A stretch of 63,216 nt of DNA, the filler included, from Licmophora abbreviata (Eukaryota): NCBI GenBank assembly GCA_900291995.1. It is 9 parts of 9 records of this genome, joined end to end, with 100 filler letters (N's around TTAATTAATTAA, not from the genome) between each part and the next. Parts side by side here need not be neighbours in the genome. Positions count along the whole stretch, not along the records: positions 57,133 to 58,893 come from OLMU01002031.1; positions 58,994 to 60,433 come from OLMU01002032.1; positions 60,534 to 63,216 come from OLMU01002034.1; 6 more parts are not named here. One strand, given 5' to 3'. Shown here piece after piece: positions 57,133 through 63,216 of this stretch. The first letter of the stretch is position 1. Each line of letters begins with the position of its first letter. Made by a program: the position numbers and the translations under genes. A model generated the notes under the pieces. That model was given only the letters and a program-made list of their open reading frames with translations, was not told where the DNA came from and made no database searches.

Positions 57133-57409
57133 ACTCTGCGTTGATCTTGCCGTTTTGTTGCACGGCATGCAGCTTCTCACCCCATAGCCGGGGCGGGAGG
57201 CCAGACAGTCATGCCGGCTTTTTGTGTATTCGTCGACGTACATAAATATTCCAATCAATTTCCCAGAGTAGTCTATGGCTAACAGTGATATGCCTCCCAC
57301 CAGGGGTAAATAAGTGGGGTGGTCAAAAAACTGGATTTTGTACGGGGGCGCTTGCGCAATGCTCTGTGCAGAACTAAAAAATCTCGGACACCAACCCCAA
57401 AACACAACT

Positions 57410-58375
57410 TTTTTCACTTTCACCCCTGCGCAGGACATGAGTTTGGGCTTGCAACCATTCAAAGCGGCAGTCAACGGCGGTTCCATTGACGATACAATTC
57501 CTGAACACAAGGACCCCGTCAATGTTGTCCCTGGGTCTCACCCTATCGATGTGCGAGAAATGCCAGTTTCTGCCTCATCCGAGCGACATTGCCAGGCGAA
57601 AAGTGATGAAGTTCTCGACGGAGTGCCCGCACTGCTGCCAACCGGCCGAGACAGATATGTGCGTCGCAGACATTCCTCTTTTTCAAGGAAGCATCATCAT
57701 GAATTACTGAAATAAAGGACGGGGGCGTGTACAGGCGCCATACCAAAGTTGGGAACTATTCGTTCAAGGGGAGGACGATTTGTCGTGAGAAGTTTTGAAG
57801 AGTGATACTGCGGAGTCAGGCTCCCGGAGTTGGAATTGGTGTTAGATGAAGCTGGCCTCAATGATGTATACACAACAATAGAGGGTCCATTGAAGAAGAT
57901 TTTCAATCAGTTGAAGGTGGCGAACCCGTTCGGTGGTGGCGACGCAGCGTTGAAACTGCACATGACCAACGAGCGACGGTGGCGCTTTCTCCGAACCACG
58001 CAGCATTGAAACAGCACATGACCAACGACGGTGGTGCTTTCTCCCAACCATGTCCCAGCCATGCGAGATACCTCGAGTTTCGAGTTTCTCTCTAAGCTGA
58101 GCTACACGGCCGACGGAAAGATGTTCCCGTTTACACTCATTTTGTCAGACCCACTTACCAACTCGTTTGTTGGTCCGGTTCCGCAACAGGCTACTGCACT
58201 GTCACTCAAGGCCGAAAAGGATAGCAAAAAACAATGTTATGAAGACTGCGTCGACAGCGGGTTGGATGTCAAATGGTATGAACGATCGCATGAGCAAAAT
58301 CAGATTCCCGGCATGAATGATATGAAGACAGAGAACTATCACAAACGTACTGACGAAGCTGCCAAGGCAAATTAG
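57410..58375 (+). pseudogene. ZPR1: ZPR1 zinc-finger protein pseudogene fragment (second Zn-finger/A-B module)
   Basis: Frame-hopping pieces: QDMSLGLQP, VMKFSTECPHCCQPAETDMCVADIP, GAIPKLG, DLS*EVLKSDT (TGA 57786-57788), LPELELVL, VYTTIEG, NPFGGGD, FPFTLILSDPLTNSF and ERSHEQN..GMNDMKTENY. Confidence 0.8.
57942..58050 (+). repeat. Imperfect tandem duplication (~55 bp x2) within the ZPR1 pseudogene
   Basis: acgcagcgttgaaactgcacatgaccaacga...gctttctcc versus acgcagcattgaaacagcacatgaccaacga...gctttctcc. Confidence 0.85.
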
Positions 58376-58821
58376 CGCAGCCCCGGCTGGCCGCACTGTC
58401 AGGATGATTACGACTGGCAGTAATATTAAGGCAATGAGACGCGACATGAGTCGTCCGATGAGACGGACGGGATGTAAGCCGCCAAGATAGAGTTCGCGTA
58501 ACATAGAACTAGATTTCAAGTCAGTAGCCGCCAATAGTCAAGCCTCTTCTGTGCCCACTCGCTCGGTGTTGAGAACTTTGTACCAACTAACCGTCTCTTT
58601 GATGATACGCTCATGCCTAAGATATATGGTTTTTGTCTAAGTAAAACATGGGCGCCCATTACTTTTGGCCGTGCACGCTTGCTCAGCGCCTATTACAATA
58701 CATTTATGTCCGCGACGAAGATTTTTATACTCCAGCCAGCCCCCACGCACTCACCGCTGGCGCCATTTTCCCAAGTGCATTTTTGTCATCATGATCACTC
58801 ACTGCTGCAGCGGTGGTGGTC

Positions 58822-58844
58822 TTGGGTTAGGGTTAGGGTTAGGG
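58822..58844 (+). repeat. Interstitial telomere-like repeat TTGGG(TTAGGG)3
   Basis: Three perfect TTAGGG units plus one degenerate unit. Confidence 0.75.
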
Positions 58845-58893
58845 ACGGTGCTACTGTGAGGAATCCCATGGCTCTCTATGGGCAGTCGGTGAT

Positions 58894-58993
58894 NNNNNNN
58901 NNNNNNNNNNNNNNNNNNNNNNNNNNNNNNNNNNNNNTTAATTAATTAANNNNNNNNNNNNNNNNNNNNNNNNNNNNNNNNNNNNNNNNNNNN
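58894..58993. other. Artificial scaffold spacer
   Basis: N44-TTAATTAATTAA-N44. Confidence 0.97.
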
Positions 58994-59120
58994 GATTGAA
59001 CTGAATCCAAAGAACACGTTTCACTGCACCTTCTCTATCCAAAAAGAAGGAGACTTGTCCGCGCCTCACATTTCGAAAACGCTGTTTGAAACAGTGGCTA
59101 TCGATCTTATCCTCATCACC

Positions 59121-59724
59121 ATGAACCACGTATCTAGAATCCTTGGCATTTCCTTACCGACGCTGAAGGCGCGGGATGTTGTCATGAAGGAGCGAAAACT
59201 TGTGGCAGATTCTGAGGCGATCCTCTACATCGCTCACCGAGACTCATGGCATTTGCTTCATGAAAATAACAAATTTTCCCAAGACGATGACACCCTGTCG
59301 ACTGTCTCCTCATTCGATGACTCTATCTCGTCCTTATCATCACAATCTGTCACATTCGCGGATCAGCTCGTCACGGAAGTTCGCCTGAGACCATACACAA
59401 CTCGAGAAGAAAAGCGAGAGTTATTTTACAGTGAACGAGAGTACCAAGAGTTCAAGCGAGACTTCTTTAGCGGGAGGAACCGGCTGGTCAGTTTCTCCGA
59501 CACCATCGTTTCTAATGTATGGACTATTCCACCGCTAGTTGATGCGTCCAAAGTGTTCTATTCCGAGAAAGAATTACAAAAGTAAGTTCATTGCAGCCAG
59601 GAAAGTCTGACTCCTAATATAATATACTGGAATAGTTATCTGACATGATGGTTGCTCCTTGGATTTCTTCAGATTTCTCGACGAGTTCGTGGCATCTCTG
59701 GAAAAGGGAGTTGCATATGATTAG
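59121..59724 (+). CDS. Diatom-type hypothetical protein; intron 59582-59672
   Basis: Twice-repeated V-[TS]-F...LFYS.xE module (SVTFADQLVTEVRLRP...LFYSEREYQEFK; VSFSD...VFYSEKELQKF). In-frame intron. Confidence 0.7.
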
Positions 59725-60433
59725 TTCCTATGCGCGTGGAGCTGGCGACGTCAAGCTATGTAGACTTCCTTTGTTGTGTCACCCAGCCAGGCTGTGGTTC
59801 GTCTCACCAGCAGCTCCCCTGGTGAGATTCCGAACGCCAGAGCTGTACCATATTACGATTCCATTTGTACCAGAAGCCAGTAATGGCACACCAACAACTT
59901 GCTAAATGACAAAGGATGGACAGTCACGAACGCAGCGCTTATGGCAAACAACTGCAACTGTACCATCCTGAATGTACGATACTAGATACTGGGGTGAGAG
60001 CAGAATCAAGACTCAACTCCTACCAGCGCTAGCGTTTTGCTGGAGGATCCCCCCGAATGTTGTGATAAGAATAACCAAAAACTATCAAGCTTATTGCCAC
60101 ATGGTCGCCACTTTCTACAGCTTACGACAAGCATATCCGCACCCAAGAAATATCTGAGCAGCAACCCATTCGATTGATTCATTCAGCTTGCCGCCGTCTG
60201 ACTGTGTCCCACCAAAGAATCACGAGCTCGTCCATCAATCTAGCTCGTACACGTAACTGCTGGGCATTCGGAATCTGAGAACATTCCGAATTATTTTCCA
60301 TGCTCTCCTGTTTGTGGTGGCATCAAAAGACCCTTGTTCCACTAAAGACCATTGCATTGATTGTCTACTGAACACCGACTGTTTCTCTGTGCACTTGCGA
60401 TCGAGTGGATTGACAGAGAAAGCTAGTTTGAGT

Positions 60434-60533
60434 NNNNNNNNNNNNNNNNNNNNNNNNNNNNNNNNNNNNNNNNNNNNTTAATTAATTAANNNNNNNNNNN
60501 NNNNNNNNNNNNNNNNNNNNNNNNNNNNNNNNN
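60434..60533. other. Artificial scaffold spacer
   Basis: N44-TTAATTAATTAA-N44. Confidence 0.97.
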
Positions 60534-60846
60534 GTGCCATGGTTGTCGAACGAATTTGTCGTCTACGTCGTCTACTAGTACCGGTACCTGATGGTTACCA
60601 CGAAGTCTAATAACACGGCAGTGCATGAGGAGACGGGCCTGTCCGTCGGACTGGACCCTTGGCGCCAAAACGTCATCCAATCCCACGCCGTGACAAAACA
60701 ACAAAACAACGCAATATGTGATGATGGCGCGCCGCGGCGACCGCGGACCCATCACAACGCCACGCCGGTGCTCTGAAGGGAACGAGAAACTCAAGAGTGG
60801 CGTGGGGCGCTGCGGACCTCGCAAGTTTTCCTAACGAGTGGCAGCT

Positions 60847-61747
60847 ATGCACCTATTCCGAGCCAGAGAGAGCAAGAAAGAAAATGCCTTGAGTTTCCAG
60901 CACATCGTCCTCGTCTGGCTACTCATCATAATGGACAGCGACTTGGTTTCGGCTTCTGTTGATCCATGCAACAGTTTCCTAGCTTTTGCCTCGCCCTCTA
61001 TACCGCCACCTCCCTCTGTATCGGTGCCCGTATGGTCGCTTGCGTCTCCTATTCTTACTCCGACTGATGCCGACTCGATACCAGCCACCAGCATGAACAT
61101 TGTCACGTTTGCTTCCCCTGTGTCTGTCGCACCCCCTAAACTATGGATCGTGTCTCTCTATACCAATACTATGACCCGAGACGCCTTCTTGGGGTCCAAG
61201 GTTGCCGTGCTCCAACTCCTGACTCCGCCCCTCAAGACTGTCGTGTCGATACTCGGCAAGCGCAGCGGCTACGAGTGCGGTTTCTCTAAACGAGGCGAGT
61301 GCCAGGCTGTGGGACACGGTTGGGTTCTCGGTAACGGCGACGAGGAACGTTTTCTAGAACCAGGGGAAACGTAAGCAAGAATGTGCGCCTATAAACCATT
61401 TGCTAGCGGCTGGACAGGCTCGAGCGCGCAATGTAGCTCTAGTGAGCGCTTTCGTCATCCAAACGTCCAGTTGCTGTTTGCGTCATTGTGCTCACACCGC
61501 TCTCGCCTTGTCACCTCTTTACTGGCGTAGTATGGAGTTTCTCCCCCGATGCGCTTCCTATGTCCGACTCAAGCTGTTATCGACCATGGAAGCCGGTGAT
61601 CACGACGTGGCGTTGTGTCAAGTGGAAGGGACTGGAACCTGGTGCGATGAGCTCCAGACCGTCGTTGCCCTCGCAGGCAACCCCGCACCCTTGGACTCTT
61701 CTACAATCCTGTACACGGGCCAGCTACGAGAAGAGGGTATCATCTAA
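60847..61747 (+). CDS. Flavin-reductase-like (FMN-binding split-barrel) protein; intron 61371-61530; start uncertain
   Basis: TSMNIVTFASPVSVAPPKLWIVSL, LGKRSG and EAGDHDVALCQV. Confidence 0.75.
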
Positions 61748-62000
61748 GCCCTTCTTTTGGCATCCTGAGTCTTAAAGCCATGTGTCATCTGAAGAAGCGC
61801 GATGGACACCACACAACCTAAAAGCATGATGCGACACGAACATAGGAATGAAAACTCTAGACTTTCCACTACCGCAATTCGATAAACAAGCATGCTAAAC
61901 CTGTTACCCGTATGTACAGTTCACTTCTATTTCCAGAAGATCTCAGTCGCGACACGCTTCTTATTTCTAGCATATGTCCACTGCCTGCATTGGCGTTCAG

Positions 62001-62570
62001 TCATTCACTAGCCGATGCCGCGTCACTATTCTCTGTGTTGTTCTGAAAGAATCTTTCCGCAGCCTTTCCCTTCATAGCGCACTTGTCTCGATGCAAACGC
62101 CGCTGGACACGACGCACGGCCCCGTCTGATACATCGCTCAAGAGCTCTCTCCGCAGCTTCCCCGACAATCGCAAGTCTTCCCGTGATCGCCGACGAGTGC
62201 GCGTGGCTTCGTACTGCTCGACCGAGACATGCTTTTCGCTCTTTACGTCCCAGCCCAGACTAACAGGCGGTCCCAAAGAGCAGCAGGGGTGATCACCCAA
62301 GACTTGGCTGTACTCTCGGATGTGTAGCGTATCGAACGAGACATTTTTCTTTAGACCATCGCTGCTCGGAGTGTCCATCATTGCAATTGCGGAATGGGAC
62401 CTCGTCGTCGCCAAAGACGCTTGGCCCTCTACTAGGGTCACTCGTTCTTCCTTGACCGGAGCCAGTTGCACTACATCCTCTTCCATTTCGAGTTCCAGAA
62501 AGCTAGTGCGAGGGATCGTGGATGACTCAATATCCACCACCGACGACGGTTCGTTGTGTATTACTCCCAT
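62001..62570 (-). CDS. Stramenopile-type hypothetical protein
   Basis: KNVSFDTLHIREYSQVLGDHPCCSLGPPVSLGW..VEQYE..R motif, typical of a large diatom family. Confidence 0.75.
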   Translation of the reverse strand: MGVIHNEPSSVVDIESSTIPRTSFLELEMEEDVVQLAPVKEERVTLVEGQASLATTRSHSAIAMMDTPSSDGLKKNVSFDTLHIREYSQVLGDHPCCSLGPPVSLGWDVKSEKHVSVEQYEATRTRRRSREDLRLSGKLRRELLSDVSDGAVRRVQRRLHRDKCAMKGKAAERFFQNNTENSDAASASE

Positions 62571-63216
62571 CGTGCCGAGGTAGAAGCTTCTTGGGGGCAT
62601 GCGGGGCATGGGATGAATAAATTGAGGCAAAGTGCAAGCGATTCGTCAACAGTACAGTTTGCGATACGAATGGGATAGAAAGATGTCTTCAAGAAGAAGA
62701 GGTCGTGGTTTCGAGACGGTCGTGGCAGAAGTGCAAAGAGCATGAGCGGTGGAAGGGTTTGCGGTTCGCTGTGGGGTCACGCGTGCTCGACGTGTGGTCT
62801 TGGTTTGAATGGCGAAGGACGAAGAATGCGCACTTCCATTGGTGGAGCTTAGGACGTAATTCCTCGTACCAGCACGTAGAAGTCAGTATAAAGTCTACCA
62901 GGACGTGGAATAAGGGTTTGGCATCATTCCTTCTCTTTGAGGGCGAGTCCGTACAGCCAGTACCGAATCCAACGGTTGGACTTTACCGCGTGTAAAAATT
63001 TGAAGACATTTTAGATTTAGGTGAAATGACCCAGACATAGCAGATTTCTGGCAAATGACCTTTTTCGGAACGCTTTTGAATAATTCGACTTAATTGACGT
63101 AATCGACTCGCTCGACTCATCATGCACCGTAGATCTTCTTGTTACAGCTCAGAGACTGGTCGTTCTCCAACCACGTCGTAGCTACTTGCTGATACGTTGC
63201 GTGTTTGTCTGCCCAA

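Noticed and set aside
57786..57788. In-frame TGA as selenocysteine or a recoded stop
   Set aside because: It aligns with an expected Arg, not Cys, and is surrounded by frameshifts, which indicates pseudogene decay.
15671..60533. TTAATTAATTAA repeated eight times as a biological repeat or recombination site
   Set aside because: It always sits between two 44-N runs and is a synthetic six-frame-stop contig linker.
60534..60760. Short ORFs running into gaps (also 24376-24560 and 53649-53870) as genes
   Set aside because: They may be 5' gene fragments, but they are too short and lack motifs to support a call.

Overview
Gene-dense eukaryotic nuclear DNA, most likely from a diatom (probably pennate). 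Supporting signs are short GT-AG introns of mostly 80-250 nt, bipartite signal + ASAFAP-like plastid presequences, a signal-peptide PEPC, cpFtsY, a mitochondrial-type FtsZ and diatom-like hypothetical proteins. The window is nine contigs joined by eight artificial 100-nt spacers (N44-TTAATTAATTAA-N44). It holds about 35 unrelated housekeeping, metabolic and membrane genes, a decayed ZPR1 pseudogene and a short interstitial TTAGGG tract. I found no CRISPR array, RNA gene or intact mobile element, and no convincing multi-gene novel system. The best leads are single-gene oddities: (1) an 85-aa microprotein of 9-residue N-x-x-F-S-I-L-S-V repeats, head-to-head with PEPC; (2) a GFAT whose catalytic Cys lies behind a 96-aa mitochondrial-like presequence; (3) a Vps34-like kinase with a ~190-aa C2-like insert inside the kinase N-lobe; (4) a Prx5-type peroxiredoxin with a signal peptide and NDEL; (5) a RING-less RAD5-like ATPase with a degenerate motif VI; (6) recurrent (GAGTC)n upstream arrays. 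All family calls come from motif recognition by eye, not from database searches. Exon boundaries were checked by hand for frame.
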